The position numbers were made by a program, and so were the translations under genes. Under the pieces are notes generated by a model that was given only the letters and a program-made list of their open reading frames with translations, had not been told where the DNA came from and did not search any database. 64,000 nt of DNA from Obrimoposthia wandeli (lineage: Eukaryota). Within the stretch, counting starts at the first letter, position 1. Each line of letters begins with the position of its first letter. Where the stretch lies: the NCBI GenBank assembly GCA_977020255.1, contig CDROCS010000506.1, forward strand, positions 1,798,001 through 1,862,000. Direction: 5' to 3'. Of the stretch, positions 11,788-22,289 are shown piece after piece.

Positions 11788-12098
11788 TGTTGTTTCACCA
11801 ACCGTTCTTCAGCTGTACTTGGTCGATACATATCGAGTTTCTTTTTTGCAGTGTATTCAATTTTACTGTGCTCTTCCAGCGTACTCTGCTCGAGTAATAA
11901 ATTCCGCCATTCAATGTCAGCAAAATCTCGTTGAGTCAGTAGGTGTTCTTTGTTATTGGTCTGTAATCGGGTTTCGTGGGTTAACATGATCACGGCAAAA
12001 GCGGAAATTAAGATGGCAAACAACAAACTCACGACGCGCTTATGCTGGCCGATGTCAGTCATGATAACCTTACCTAAATCCCACTTAATGCCGAACAT
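11784..12098 (-). CDS. ftsL: Cell division protein FtsL
   Basis: Small bitopic protein with TM then coiled coil (EWRNLLLEQSTL), between rsmH and ftsI. Start moved to ATG 12098. Confidence 0.9.
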   Translation of the reverse strand: MFGIKWDLGKVIMTDIGQHKRVVSLLFAILISAFAVIMLTHETRLQTNNKEHLLTQRDFADIEWRNLLLEQSTLEEHSKIEYTAKKKLDMYRPSTAEERLVKQQ

Positions 12099-12099
12099 A

Positions 12100-13044
12100 T
12101 TACAACTTCTCCGCCACGCGTAATACTGAACTACGTGCACGAGGATTTATCTCTAACTCAGCTTCCGAAGGTTTTAGCATTTTACCTACCGCTTTCATGG
12201 TACGGGTTTTATCAATCTCTTCTTGCATGATAGGCAGGCCATATGGCACTTCTTTACCACGTGCTTGTTTACGAATAAACTGCTTAACGATGCGATCTTC
12301 TAATGAATGGAAACTGATCACTGATAAACGGCCACTACCTGGTTTTAGGCATTTTAATGCGCCCGCTAATGCTCTTTCAATTTCTTCTAATTCGCTGTTA
12401 ATGTAAATACGAATCGCTTGGAATGAACGTGTTGCCGGGTGTTTAGTTTCTTTTTTAGATTTAGGCACAACACGACAAATCAAACCAGCTAGCTGAGATG
12501 TTGTTTCAAATGGCGTACCGTCACGGTCAAATACCACTGCGCGAGCAATTTTACGGGCAAATTTTTCTTCGCCGAATACTTTTAATACCCAAACGATATC
12601 GTCATAGTCTGCCGTTGCTAACCATTTTGCAGCACTGATACCTGATGTTGGATCCATACGCATGTCTAACGGACCATCACGTAAGAAACTAAAACCACGC
12701 GATGCATCATCTAGCTGTGGTGAAGAAACACCAAGATCAAGCAATACACCATCAATTTGTTCTGTTAAGCCTTTAGTTTCCATGTATTCAGCGATACCTG
12801 AAAAAGGTCCGTGAACTATGTCAAAACGAGGGTCTTCTAACTTTAATGCTTCACCTACAGCAATCGCTTCAGGGTCGCGATCGATTGCGATCAAGCGGCC
12901 ATTTTCACCGAGTTGCGATAAAATAAAGCGAGAGTGACCACCGCGACCAAAAGTACCGTCAATATAAATACCATCCGGTTTTATATCGAGTCCAGCGACT
13001 GTTTCGTTAAGTAAAACGGATACGTGTGAAAATTCTTGTGTCAT
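12100..13044 (-). CDS. rsmH: 16S rRNA m4C1402 methyltransferase
   Basis: [24 protein letters not shown] and FHSLEDR motifs. Confidence 0.98.
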   Translation of the reverse strand: MTQEFSHVSVLLNETVAGLDIKPDGIYIDGTFGRGGHSRFILSQLGENGRLIAIDRDPEAIAVGEALKLEDPRFDIVHGPFSGIAEYMETKGLTEQIDGVLLDLGVSSPQLDDASRGFSFLRDGPLDMRMDPTSGISAAKWLATADYDDIVWVLKVFGEEKFARKIARAVVFDRDGTPFETTSQLAGLICRVVPKSKKETKHPATRSFQAIRIYINSELEEIERALAGALKCLKPGSGRLSVISFHSLEDRIVKQFIRKQARGKEVPYGLPIMQEEIDKTRTMKAVGKMLKPSEAELEINPRARSSVLRVAEKL

Positions 13045-13159
13045 GGCGATGAAAGCTCTTAAAAATACTTTAAATAATAGCAGGTGCTAAAAAAGGTTAT
13101 TGTAGCGTAAAAGGTCTAGTTTTGGGAGCGTAAATATAATGAAGGTAATACGAAGAAAG

Positions 13160-13204
13160 AAAAACAAGAACCTCGCTACACTATAGTGAGTAGAAAGGTT
13201 CTTG
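13160..13204 (-). terminator. Intrinsic terminator after rnpB
   Basis: CAAGAACCT/AGGTTCTTG 9-bp stem followed by a T-rich tail on the minus strand. Confidence 0.7.
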
Positions 13205-13575
13205 GAGTTGGTCGATAAGCCGGGTTTTGTCGTGGACAATCATTCCTCTAGGTCTGCAATCGCTCACAGACTCAAGCAACCTACCCGCTTTCAGCGTGGG
13301 CCACGCCTGTAGAAAGCCTATTTGGTCTTGCTCCGGGTGGAGTTTACCCTGCTACGAACTATTACTAGCCGCACGGTGCGCTCTTACCGCACCCTTTCAG
13401 CCTTACCTGTGCTTCCGAAAAAGCCATCGGCGGTCTTCTCTCTGCTGCACTTGTCGTAGGCTTGCGCCTCCCAGGCGTTACCTGGCACCCTGCCCTGTGG
13501 AGCCCGGACTTTCCTCCCCTCTATAACCTCGATATAAATACCGAGTCATAAAGCAGCGATTGTCTGACCAACTCC
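13204..13575 (-). ncRNA. rnpB: RNase P RNA, bacterial type A
   Basis: Minus strand carries GAGGAAAGTCCGGGCTCC and ACAAAACCCGGCTTAT (the two P4 strands). Complementary ends GGAGTTGGTC / GACCAACTCC form P1. Usual position downstream of rsmI. Confidence 0.97.
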
Positions 13576-13585
13576 AAGGCGGAGG

Positions 13586-13591
13586 ATAGTA
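13586..13591 (-). promoter_or_regulatory. Probable -10 box of the rnpB promoter
   Basis: TACTAT followed by a GC-rich discriminator (CCTCCGCC) just upstream of the RNA 5' end; -35 is poor. Confidence 0.45.
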
Positions 13592-13618
13592 CATAATCTA
13601 GGACATAAAATCCAGTGA

Positions 13619-14458
13619 TTATTTGAAGTTTTCTAAACCCCATTTGTACAATGCATTCTTTTTACAGCCATGAATTTCAGCCGTTAAAGCCGCCGCTTTT
13701 TTCAATGGCAACTCTTCATTTAATAATCTAAGTGTATTCAACACCTTAGCTGGTATTTCTAGACCTGTAGGTTTAAAGCCAGAAACCAGTAATACAATTT
13801 CACCACGGCTACGGTTACTATCTTCAGCAACCCATAAAGCAAGCTCACCCACAGGCATAGTGGTAATACTTTCAAACGCTTTGGTTATTTCGCGAGCAAC
13901 GCAGACTTCACGCTCAGGGCCCATAATCGCCGTTAATGCATCTAAGGTATATTGCAGACGACGCGGTGATTCATAAAAAATCATCGTGCGGGTTTCTTCT
14001 TTCAATTCCGTAATTTTGTCATTACGGGCTTTTTCTTTTGATGGTAAAAAACCTTCAAACGAGAAACGATCAGACGGCAAACCAGAAGCACTCATCGCAG
14101 TAACAGCCGCACATGCACCAGGTAGTGGCACAACGTTAACACCATGTGCACGACAAGTATTAACCAAATGATAACCAGGATCACTGATCAACGGCGTACC
14201 AGCATCTGAAACCAGCGCGATGCTGATGCCTGATTTTAATTTTGATACTAAATATTCTGCTTTTTGCTGCTCATTATGATCATGCAACGCAAATGTTTTA
14301 GTCTTAATTTGATAATGACTTAACAGTTTACCTGTATGACGGGTATCTTCTGCGGCAATCAAATCAACACTTCTGAGTATCTCTAAACCACGCTCAGTGA
14401 TATCAGAAAGGTTGCCAATCGGGGTTGGAACGATAAATAAAGTTGCTTGTTCAGACAT
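13619..14458 (-). CDS. rsmI: 16S rRNA Cm1402 2'-O-methyltransferase
   Basis: [30 protein letters not shown] and FYESP motifs. Confidence 0.97.
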   Translation of the reverse strand: MSEQATLFIVPTPIGNLSDITERGLEILRSVDLIAAEDTRHTGKLLSHYQIKTKTFALHDHNEQQKAEYLVSKLKSGISIALVSDAGTPLISDPGYHLVNTCRAHGVNVVPLPGACAAVTAMSASGLPSDRFSFEGFLPSKEKARNDKITELKEETRTMIFYESPRRLQYTLDALTAIMGPEREVCVAREITKAFESITTMPVGELALWVAEDSNRSRGEIVLLVSGFKPTGLEIPAKVLNTLRLLNEELPLKKAAALTAEIHGCKKNALYKWGLENFK

Positions 14459-14542
14459 TTCATTCTCATGGGTAGTTTTTTGTTAAGCGATGATGCTTTA
14501 GTATAGGGGTATTATAAATCTCTTTTGCAGGATAATACACCA

Positions 14543-16429
14543 ATGGAATTTAAGCACAGCTATTCACGCTTGATTATGTTTTTTAGCTTGAGTTTACTAC
14601 TCAGCGCGTGTTCAAGTATCACGACATCTGAAAAAGCAACATCGAAACCACAACCAATCGTTGTACCAGACGTACTGACACAAATTGATGAGCCTGCACA
14701 ATACTACATTGATAAGATCGCATTAGCGAATAAACCACAAGCTATCTCGTGGCAGTTACTGGCTGCCCGCGCATTGATTGCCGAAGGCCACACTCAACCA
14801 GCACTGGATATACTACTGTCGGTAGAACGTAACCCGCTATCAACACAACAATTATTTGAAGTAGCACTGATAAAATCAGAGGCCTACTTATTAGAAAAAC
14901 GTTATCAGCAAGCAGCCGACGTGCTTAATTTTAGTTCAACACTCGATACCAGTGAGCAAGCGCACTGGCAGCGTTTCTATTTATTAAACGCAACCATCGC
15001 TGAACTGCTCAACAATAACGCCAAAGCCGTTGAATATCGTGTGGCGTTAAGTGATTTTCTCGATAGCGAATTACACCGCAGTAATAATAACCGTTTATGG
15101 GGATCTGCCTCGGAAGTACCAAACGAGGAACTTGAACTATTAACATTACGCTTTAAAACTGAAAACCCAACATTAGCGGGTTGGTATCAACTTGCGGCTA
15201 TCGCACAGCAGTATCGTACAAAACCAAAACTGCTGATCGAAAACTTGCAAACATGGAAAAATGACTATCCCCAACACCCTGCATTAATTGGTTTCCCTGT
15301 CGAACTCGTTAAAGCGATGGCAACAACACCTTATATGCCAAGCCAAATTGCAGTGCTAGCACCCTTAACCGGTAAACGCGCAATCGCAGGTCAAGCGATC
15401 CGTGATGGTATGCTAAGTGCTTACTATCAAGATAAGTCAGCTGAAAATATTGCATTACGCTTTTATGATACCGCTGCAACCAGCGCTGATACGCTTTACT
15501 TACAAGCGATTGAAGATGGTGCTGACTTTGTTATTGGACCATTATTAAAATCTAATTTAAGCAAGGTATTACCGCTTGTTAAAGATGTACCCTTGGTATC
15601 ATTGAATAAATTAGCAGATACACCGGCACGAGAAACTGCAACAGATAATATCTATTACTTTTCGTTAAGCTCTAATGATGAAGCTATTGCTGCTGCGAAA
15701 AAAATGTACCGAGATGGCATCAAACAACCGTTAGTCCTAACACCAAATAACCGTACCGGTAATCGCTTAGCAGTAGAATTTGCGCAGCAATGGGCGTTAC
15801 TCACCGAGGGGACGAGCGAGACTTATAAATATAAAAGCCGTAGTGATATGCAAAATACCGTCACCTCATTATTTTCTGTCACTTCAAGTAATCAACGTAT
15901 TAACTTAATGAAAAATCTAGTGGGTACGGATATAAAATCGAAAACCCGTAGCCGTCGTGATATTGATGCCATTTACATTATTGCCACACCTTCAGAGGCC
16001 ATGTTAGCAATTCCTTACATTATGACTACGCAGAACCCGTATGCACCACAAGTTGCGTTATATGCAAGTTCACGCACCCATGGTGATAATCTTTCTAAGA
16101 GTCAGACTCGTGACCTTAATGGCCTGATCTTCAGTGACATGCCTTGGTTGTTGAATCCAGATCGCGAACTAAAACAACAAACTTTGGCATTGTGGCCAAA
16201 TATGTCGAAAATTCAGCAAAATCTATTTGCGATGGGCTACGATTCATATCAATTAATTCCCAACCTGCTACAGCTACGTAATTTTCCTAATTTACGTTTA
16301 GCTGGCCAGACAGGCATTCTTTATATTAATGAAGACGGTGTCATTGAGCGCGAGTTTAGCTGGGCTAAATACCGCTCAGGCAAGATAAAACTTGAGGAAA
16401 CTAACCCTGAAACAAAACCAGCCCCGTAA
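14543..16429 (+). CDS. lpoA: PBP1A activator lipoprotein LpoA
   Basis: Lipobox LSAC; LppC-like C-domain (PLTGK, FVIGPLLK, FAMGYDSY); divergent from rsmI. Start set to ATG 14543 behind an AGGA SD. Confidence 0.9.
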   Translation: MEFKHSYSRLIMFFSLSLLLSACSSITTSEKATSKPQPIVVPDVLTQIDEPAQYYIDKIALANKPQAISWQLLAARALIAEGHTQPALDILLSVERNPLSTQQLFEVALIKSEAYLLEKRYQQAADVLNFSSTLDTSEQAHWQRFYLLNATIAELLNNNAKAVEYRVALSDFLDSELHRSNNNRLWGSASEVPNEELELLTLRFKTENPTLAGWYQLAAIAQQYRTKPKLLIENLQTWKNDYPQHPALIGFPVELVKAMATTPYMPSQIAVLAPLTGKRAIAGQAIRDGMLSAYYQDKSAENIALRFYDTAATSADTLYLQAIEDGADFVIGPLLKSNLSKVLPLVKDVPLVSLNKLADTPARETATDNIYYFSLSSNDEAIAAAKKMYRDGIKQPLVLTPNNRTGNRLAVEFAQQWALLTEGTSETYKYKSRSDMQNTVTSLFSVTSSNQRINLMKNLVGTDIKSKTRSRRDIDAIYIIATPSEAMLAIPYIMTTQNPYAPQVALYASSRTHGDNLSKSQTRDLNGLIFSDMPWLLNPDRELKQQTLALWPNMSKIQQNLFAMGYDSYQLIPNLLQLRNFPNLRLAGQTGILYINEDGVIEREFSWAKYRSGKIKLEETNPETKPAP

Positions 16430-16799
16430 ACGTGGTGAATATTTTGAAGGTATAGCAGCTGAGTATTTACAGCGCCAAGGTTTAATTATCTTGGCGCGTA
16501 ATTTTGCTTGTCGCCAGGGTGAAATAGACCTGATTTGCCAACACGGTGCAAGCTGTGACATAAAATCCTCGACAACATTACCCACCTTGGTGTTTGTCGA
16601 GGTAAAATACCGTCAATATACCCATTACGGCGGTGCAATTTCTGCCATTCCGTTCGCGAAACAACGAAAATTGCGTTATACAGCGCAATATTATATGGTG
16701 CGCAACGGAATAAATGAAAACTATACCCCTTGCCGTTTCGATGTGATCGCCATTGAAGGTTCCAGTGATAATATTCAATGGATAACCAATGCTTTTTAG
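16392..16799 (+). CDS. yraN: YraN family (UPF0102) putative nuclease
   Basis: GEIDLI...LVFVEVKYR and CRFDV motifs; follows lpoA. Confidence 0.9.
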   Translation: MRKLTLKQNQPRKRGEYFEGIAAEYLQRQGLIILARNFACRQGEIDLICQHGASCDIKSSTTLPTLVFVEVKYRQYTHYGGAISAIPFAKQRKLRYTAQYYMVRNGINENYTPCRFDVIAIEGSSDNIQWITNAF

Positions 16800-16810
16800 A
16801 GTAGATACCT

Positions 16811-17407
16811 ATGTTAGAGCTAATTAAAGAAAATTTTACTGAAAGTATTCAAACCAAAATCGCCGCTGCCGAGGCGTTACCCGAGTACATTCAAAACTCA
16901 GCCATGATGATGGCGCAGTGTTTATTAAACGGTAACAAGATCTTAATTTGTGGTAATGGCGCATCAGCTAGCTTGGCACAAAATTTCTCAGCATCGCTGT
17001 TAAATCGCTACGAAACTGAGCGCCCAAGTCTACCTGCACTAGCACTGACACCGGATTGTACTTTGATGACAGCCATCGGTACCGATACCAGTTTCGACAT
17101 GGTTTACTCAAAGCAGGTTAGAGCATTGGGTAATGATGGTGATATCTTGGTGGTGATCTCTGCAGGTGGCCACAGTCGTAATGTCATTACAGCGATTGAA
17201 GCGGCACTAACACGCAATATGACTATCGTGGCATTAACCGGTAAAGACGGTGGTGAAATATCAGGACTATTAGGTCCGCATGATGCAGAAATACGCGTAC
17301 CATCGCGCCGAGAGCCAAGAATACAAGAAGTACACGCTCTGATCATTAATTGCCTATGTGACCTTATCGATCAGACATTATTCCCACAACAAGGCTACGA
17401 GGAATAA
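16811..17407 (+). CDS. diaA: DiaA-like SIS-domain protein (GmhA paralog)
   Basis: [16 protein letters not shown] and ETERPSLPA. GmhA catalytic-type motifs GNGGSAADAQH and STSGNS are degenerate here ([17 protein letters not shown]). Position yraN-diaA-dolP. Confidence 0.8.
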   Translation: MLELIKENFTESIQTKIAAAEALPEYIQNSAMMMAQCLLNGNKILICGNGASASLAQNFSASLLNRYETERPSLPALALTPDCTLMTAIGTDTSFDMVYSKQVRALGNDGDILVVISAGGHSRNVITAIEAALTRNMTIVALTGKDGGEISGLLGPHDAEIRVPSRREPRIQEVHALIINCLCDLIDQTLFPQQGYEE

Positions 17408-17409
17408 AC

Positions 17410-17958
17410 ATGCTACTGAGCAATAAATTAAAACATTACATGGCGTTCAGCGTCATGCTATTTAGCTTAACGGCTATCCAAGGCTGTAGTAACGGTGGCA
17501 GTTTTAGCCAATTAATTGATGACGAAACCATCACCCTAGATATCACAGCAGGGCTTAACGACAATGACAAACAGTTATTGCTCAACAACAACCTGCATAT
17601 CCTCACCAATAGCAGCAAAGTATTATTATCAGGCCAGGTAAGAACGGAAGCTGAACGCGCTAAAATCGTCGATATAGCCACGAAAACAGCATCAGTAGAA
17701 GAAGTGTATAACCAGATCCGCTTAGGGGCGCCAATTTCATTTGAGCGTGCGAGTAAGGACTCATGGTTAACCACCAAAGTAAAAACCAGTATTCTCAATT
17801 TAAAAGACATTGAACCACTAAAAATAAAAGTCATAACCGAAAATGCGGAAGTATTTTTAATTGGCAAGGTAACGAAGGCTGAAGGTAACAAGCTTGCTGA
17901 AGCAGCACGTTATGTTGTAGGGGTAGACAAAGTCATTACGGTATTCGAGTATCGTTGA
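17410..17958 (+). CDS. dolP: Dual BON-domain lipoprotein DolP/YraP
   Basis: Lipobox IQGC, two BON domains (VLLSGQV, DSWLTTKVK, TENAEVFLIG); conserved context. Confidence 0.85.
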   Translation: MLLSNKLKHYMAFSVMLFSLTAIQGCSNGGSFSQLIDDETITLDITAGLNDNDKQLLLNNNLHILTNSSKVLLSGQVRTEAERAKIVDIATKTASVEEVYNQIRLGAPISFERASKDSWLTTKVKTSILNLKDIEPLKIKVITENAEVFLIGKVTKAEGNKLAEAARYVVGVDKVITVFEYR

Positions 17959-17985
17959 TTAACGCTTATACCGAAAAATAAGAAG

Positions 17986-18035
17986 TAAAAAAAATGCAGT
18001 ACTGAATAATGCCCGTCGACACCTCAAGTACTGCA
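17986..18035. terminator. Hairpin between convergent dolP and sspB
   Basis: TGCAGTACT (17995)...AGTACTGCA (18035) with an A-tract on the left, giving a U-tail for the minus-strand ssp transcript. Confidence 0.6.
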
Positions 18036-18059
18036 CGTCTTTGCTAATTAAGTATTATG

Positions 18060-18557
18060 TTACTTAATGACCCGTAAAGAAGGTTTTCCTTTAGCCGGTT
18101 TTGGACGTTCTGGCGTATCGCTCTGACTTTCAGAACTTACAGCAGGCGCACTAACCAATGCAGGTGGGCTTTTCTTTTTCTCTTCAATCGGCTCAATAGC
18201 CACTTCCGCGCTTTCTTGTTCAGCTTGATCTATATATGCTTGTTCTGGTTCAAACATGCTACCAGCGCCGTTCTCACGTGCATAAATAGCTGTAATCGCG
18301 GCAATTGGCACATAAACATCAAACGCTACGCCACCGAAGCGAGCGTTAAAGCTCAATGCAGTATTGTTTAACTCAAAAGCAACCACAGCACTCGGTGCAA
18401 TGTTCAATACGATCTGGCCATCTTGAACAAACTGTTGTGGCACGTAAACACCAGCAATATGCGCATCAACAACAATGTGCGGAGTTAAGTCATTATCAAG
18501 TAACCACTCATAGTGACTACGTAATAAATAGGGACGAATTGGGGTCATTTTATCCAT
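18060..18557 (-). CDS. sspB: ClpXP adaptor SspB
   Basis: RPYLLR..YEWLLDNDLTPH, FNARFGG and C-terminal PSLRVIK ClpX-binding motif. Confidence 0.96.
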   Translation of the reverse strand: MDKMTPIRPYLLRSHYEWLLDNDLTPHIVVDAHIAGVYVPQQFVQDGQIVLNIAPSAVVAFELNNTALSFNARFGGVAFDVYVPIAAITAIYARENGAGSMFEPEQAYIDQAEQESAEVAIEPIEEKKKSPPALVSAPAVSSESQSDTPERPKPAKGKPSLRVIK

Positions 18558-18560
18558 AAA

Positions 18561-19196
18561 TTACATTAACATTCTCATTTCGCGTTCTTGTTCAGTCAAA
18601 GATGCTTGGAATGATTCACGATCGAATACTCGTAGCATATAGTTCTTTAACTCACTTGCAGCTTGGCCAGGAAGATCGATACCTAATTCAGGTAAACGCC
18701 ATAATAATGGTGCCATGTAGCAATCAACTAAGCTGAACTCTTCACTCATGAAGTATGGGTATTCAGCAAAAATAGGGCTGATACTCATTAATGCTTCTTG
18801 TAGTTGCTTACGCGCTACAGCAGCTTCTTCAACAGAGCCTTTCATGATCTTAGTCACTAATGAATACCAATCGTTTTCGATACGGTGCATCATTAGGCGG
18901 CTACTACCACGAGAAACAGGATAAACCGGCATCAACGGTGGATGCGGGAAACGCTCATCCAGATATTCCATGATGATACGTGAGTTATATAACGTTAATT
19001 CACGGTCAATTAATGTCGGTACTGTTTGGTAAGGGTTTAAATCAATTAAATCTTCAGGTAGATTATTACGGTCAACCTGATGAATATCAACACTTACGCC
19101 TTTTTCAGCTAAGACGATTCGGACTTGATGACTGTATAGATCAGTCGGCTCCGAATACAACACCATAACTGAACGTTTATTAGCAGCTAATGCCAT
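18561..19196 (-). CDS. sspA: Stringent starvation protein A
   Basis: MALAANKRSVM and EYLDERFPHPPLMPVYPV. Start moved to ATG 19196 behind GGAGG. Confidence 0.97.
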   Translation of the reverse strand: MALAANKRSVMVLYSEPTDLYSHQVRIVLAEKGVSVDIHQVDRNNLPEDLIDLNPYQTVPTLIDRELTLYNSRIIMEYLDERFPHPPLMPVYPVSRGSSRLMMHRIENDWYSLVTKIMKGSVEEAAVARKQLQEALMSISPIFAEYPYFMSEEFSLVDCYMAPLLWRLPELGIDLPGQAASELKNYMLRVFDRESFQASLTEQEREMRMLM

Positions 19197-19309
19197 GAAA
19201 CCTCCAATAAATTGTAAACACAAACGCCAATGATAGCCTAAACTAGCATTGGCGGTACGTAATTCTTTTACCAGCAACTTTTACAAGTAATGCGGCAACA
19301 TCTCAATGA

Positions 19310-20110
19310 TTAGTGGATATCACGCCAGTATTCACGGTTCAAGAACCAACAAAATACAAGTAAGATAAGTAGGAACCCAATAACCCAGAAGCCCATTTCT
19401 TGACGTTCAAGTTGATTCGGCTCTGCTGAGTAAACTAAGAAGTTCACCAAGTCTAACATAGCTTCATCAAACTCTTCTGCTGATAACTCACCGTTTCCAT
19501 CGGGGCTTAGGTAGCTAGTCAGAATTTCACCTGTTGCAATACCATTGGCATCAACAACTGCGGTTTCTTTAACAATTCTAGCACCTTCCGGTAAATCTAG
19601 CTCTTCTTCGTTATGTTTTATTTCTAAAAGACGTGCTGTACCTTGCAATTCTTCAAGTACATGCGGCATACCGACACTTGGGAAGACCACATTATTCACG
19701 CCAAATGGGCGTGTTTCGTCAATATAGAAAGAACGCAGATAAGTATAAACCCAATCTGGACCACGTAAACGCGCTTCTAGTGAAAGATCTGGAGGCGTAG
19801 CACCAAACCATTTAGCTCCACTTTCAGCAGGCATTGACGTTTTCATTAATGAACCAACTTTAACACCGGTAAATACCAGGTTTTCAGCCATCACATCACG
19901 GTCGATACCAATATCGTCAGCAACACGAGAGTAGCGCTGATATTGAGTCGAGTGACATGTAGAACAATAATTCATGAAGATTTTAGCACCGTTTTGCAGT
20001 GATGCTTTGTCTCTTAAATCATAGTTCGCTTCATCTAAATGAGCGCCACCACCAGCTGCAAATGCAGCTACTGGTAACAGGGTAAGTAACGCGATAAATA
20101 ATTTTCTCAT
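19310..20110 (-). CDS. petC: Cytochrome c1
   Basis: Signal peptide, CxxCH (CSTCH), PPDLSL, C-terminal TM anchor. Confidence 0.96.
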   Translation of the reverse strand: MRKLFIALLTLLPVAAFAAGGGAHLDEANYDLRDKASLQNGAKIFMNYCSTCHSTQYQRYSRVADDIGIDRDVMAENLVFTGVKVGSLMKTSMPAESGAKWFGATPPDLSLEARLRGPDWVYTYLRSFYIDETRPFGVNNVVFPSVGMPHVLEELQGTARLLEIKHNEEELDLPEGARIVKETAVVDANGIATGEILTSYLSPDGNGELSAEEFDEAMLDLVNFLVYSAEPNQLERQEMGFWVIGFLLILLVFCWFLNREYWRDIH

Positions 20111-21318
20111 TACATTGTCACCCTTTTTGGTAATGGTTTAGTAGTTTCATTCTTACTGTATAACCACAGTAGAGCGAAGTAACCAAAGTAACCTAATGTT
20201 GTAATTTGTGACAATATTGTACGACCAGGTGTTGGCGCTAATGTACCTAATACACCTAAGATAATGAAACAAATAACAAATTGCGCTAGGTTAAGCTTGT
20301 GCCAAACACTACGGTAGCGAATTGATTTCACTTTACCGCGATCTAACCAAGGCACTAAGAACAACATTACAATCGCAAGACCCATCATGATTACGCCACC
20401 GAGTTTATCCGGTACCGCACGTAGGATTGCGTAGAATGGTGTAAAGTACCAAACTGGTGCAATGTGATCAGGTGTTTTCAGTGGATTAGCCGCTTCAAAG
20501 TTTGGCGCTTCTAAGAAGTAACCACCACCCTCTGGCATGAAGAAAATCACTATACTACATAAGATCATCATCACTACTACTGCAACAGTATCGTGCACTG
20601 TGTAGTAAGGGTGGAATGGAATACCGTCTTTTGGCCAACCATTTTCATCTTTGTTTTCTTTAATTTCAATACCGTCAGGGTTATTCGAACCAACGTGATG
20701 CAGAGCCACGATATGTAGGAATACAAGAACCACAAGTACTAATGGCACAGCAATTACATGCAGCGCAAAGAAACGGTTCAATGTCGCACCAGAGATTACG
20801 TAATCACCACGGATCCAAAGTGTTAAATCATCACCAATTACTGGAATTGCACCAAATAATGAGATAATAACCTGTGCACCCCAGAATGACATTTGACCCC
20901 ATGGTAGTAAGTAACCCATGAACGCTTCAGCCATTAATGCTAAGAAGATTAGGCAACCAAAGATCCACAATAATTCACGTGGTTTTTGGTATGAACCATA
21001 CATAAGACCACGGAACATGTGCAGGTAGACCACAACAAAGAATGCCGACGCACCGGTTGAATGCATATAACGCAGCAACCAACCAAATTCAACATCACGC
21101 ATGATGTATTCGATTGATGCAAATGCGCCTTCACCCGATGGGTTGTAGTTCATTGTTAACCAGATACCCGTTAGGATCTGGTTAACAAAGATAATTGTCG
21201 CTAGAATGCCAAAGTAGTACCAGAAGTTGAAGTTCTTCGGTGCTGGGTATTGGCCAGCGTGTTTATTCCACGTATCCGTCATTGGGATACGTTCATCAAT
21301 CCATTTGACTAATGACAT
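20110..21318 (-). CDS. petB: Cytochrome b of the bc1 complex
   Basis: RYMHSTGASAFF, GYLLPWGQMSFWGA and PVWY (PEWY-like) motifs. Confidence 0.97.
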   Translation of the reverse strand: MSLVKWIDERIPMTDTWNKHAGQYPAPKNFNFWYYFGILATIIFVNQILTGIWLTMNYNPSGEGAFASIEYIMRDVEFGWLLRYMHSTGASAFFVVVYLHMFRGLMYGSYQKPRELLWIFGCLIFLALMAEAFMGYLLPWGQMSFWGAQVIISLFGAIPVIGDDLTLWIRGDYVISGATLNRFFALHVIAVPLVLVVLVFLHIVALHHVGSNNPDGIEIKENKDENGWPKDGIPFHPYYTVHDTVAVVVMMILCSIVIFFMPEGGGYFLEAPNFEAANPLKTPDHIAPVWYFTPFYAILRAVPDKLGGVIMMGLAIVMLFLVPWLDRGKVKSIRYRSVWHKLNLAQFVICFIILGVLGTLAPTPGRTILSQITTLGYFGYFALLWLYSKNETTKPLPKRVTM

Positions 21319-21908
21319 TATGCAGCTCCCTTATCTACACCAATCAGAATAGTTGTCGCGTCCACATAATAATGCGGCGGGATAACTAAGTTCAATGGCG
21401 CAGGTACACCTTGGAATACACGTCCAGCCATATCAAATTTAGAACCATGACATGGGCAGAAGAAACCAGAAGAAACACCTTCAACCTGTTCGCCGAAGCT
21501 ATCAGGTAAGTAAGTTGGTGAGCACCCTAAGTGAGTACAAATACCAACAGCTACTAATAACTCTGATTTGATCGAGCGATATTTATTTTGTGCGTAACTT
21601 GGTTGTTGTTCTTGTTCTGATGCCGGATCGCGTAACGAACCATCATGCTGTTCAAGTTCGTTTAATACAGCTTCAGTACGCGATACAACCCATACAGGTT
21701 TACCTCGCCATTCAACTCGAATTAACTGTCCAGGTTCGATTTTACTAATATCAACTTCAACCGGAGCGCCAGCTGCTTTAGCTTTAGCACTCGGGTTCCA
21801 AGATTTGATAAAAGGTACGGCTGCGCCGACAGCTCCAACACCACCCACTACACATGTAGCAGCAGTTAAAAAGCGACGACGACCAGAATCAACAGGCGCA
21901 TTGCTCAT
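21318..21908 (-). CDS. petA: Rieske Fe-S subunit
   Basis: Tat signal RRRFL; CTHLGCSP and CPCHGS motifs. Confidence 0.97.
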   Translation of the reverse strand: MSNAPVDSGRRRFLTAATCVVGGVGAVGAAVPFIKSWNPSAKAKAAGAPVEVDISKIEPGQLIRVEWRGKPVWVVSRTEAVLNELEQHDGSLRDPASEQEQQPSYAQNKYRSIKSELLVAVGICTHLGCSPTYLPDSFGEQVEGVSSGFFCPCHGSKFDMAGRVFQGVPAPLNLVIPPHYYVDATTILIGVDKGAA

Positions 21909-22229
21909 CCAATTATTCTCCCATTCGGACTCAGCGCAAATTATTTTTATTATCTTGCAGTGAATACCATTTCAAAAAAGATAACTTCTTATTAGCTAAA
22001 AAAGTTACATAAATGCCGTTGAATTTTAATTAATTGGTTACATTTTTACAAGGACAATGAGACATTAATCATGTATTTTCAGTGATTAAGTCAATATCTG
22101 TCGCTTATGACCCAGTAATGAGAGCAAGTCGCTCTGTTTCTGAGTTAGTAACAGTCGTACCTGTAAGAAACAACATTGTATTTAACAAAGCTGTAACTGT
22201 GTCAATTAAATAAAACACAAAAAACAGAC

Positions 22230-22258
22230 AAAAAAAAGCCTGGCATATGCCAGGCTTT
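22230..22258 (-). terminator. Terminator of rplM-rpsI
   Basis: AAAGCCTGGCA-TA-TGCCAGGCTTT with an A-tract giving a U-tail on the minus strand. Confidence 0.9.
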
Positions 22259-22289
22259 CGTCGCAATAAAGCGAACCACAAAAAACGAA

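Noticed and set aside
13227-13526. 99-aa plus-strand ORF
   Set aside because: Lies entirely antisense to RNase P RNA; GC-rich structured RNA gives spurious open frames
16811-17407. Annotation as phosphoheptose isomerase GmhA
   Set aside because: Catalytic-type motifs are degenerate and the context matches the DiaA paralog
22004-22018. ArcA-like box GTTACATAAATGCCG upstream of petA
   Set aside because: About 10/15 match in very AT-rich DNA; plausible biologically but not supportable without a PWM scan
21909-22229. Possible sRNA or small ORF in the 320-bp petA-rpsI spacer
   Set aside because: Only very short ORFs and no separate terminator or stable stem found; consistent with a long pet promoter region
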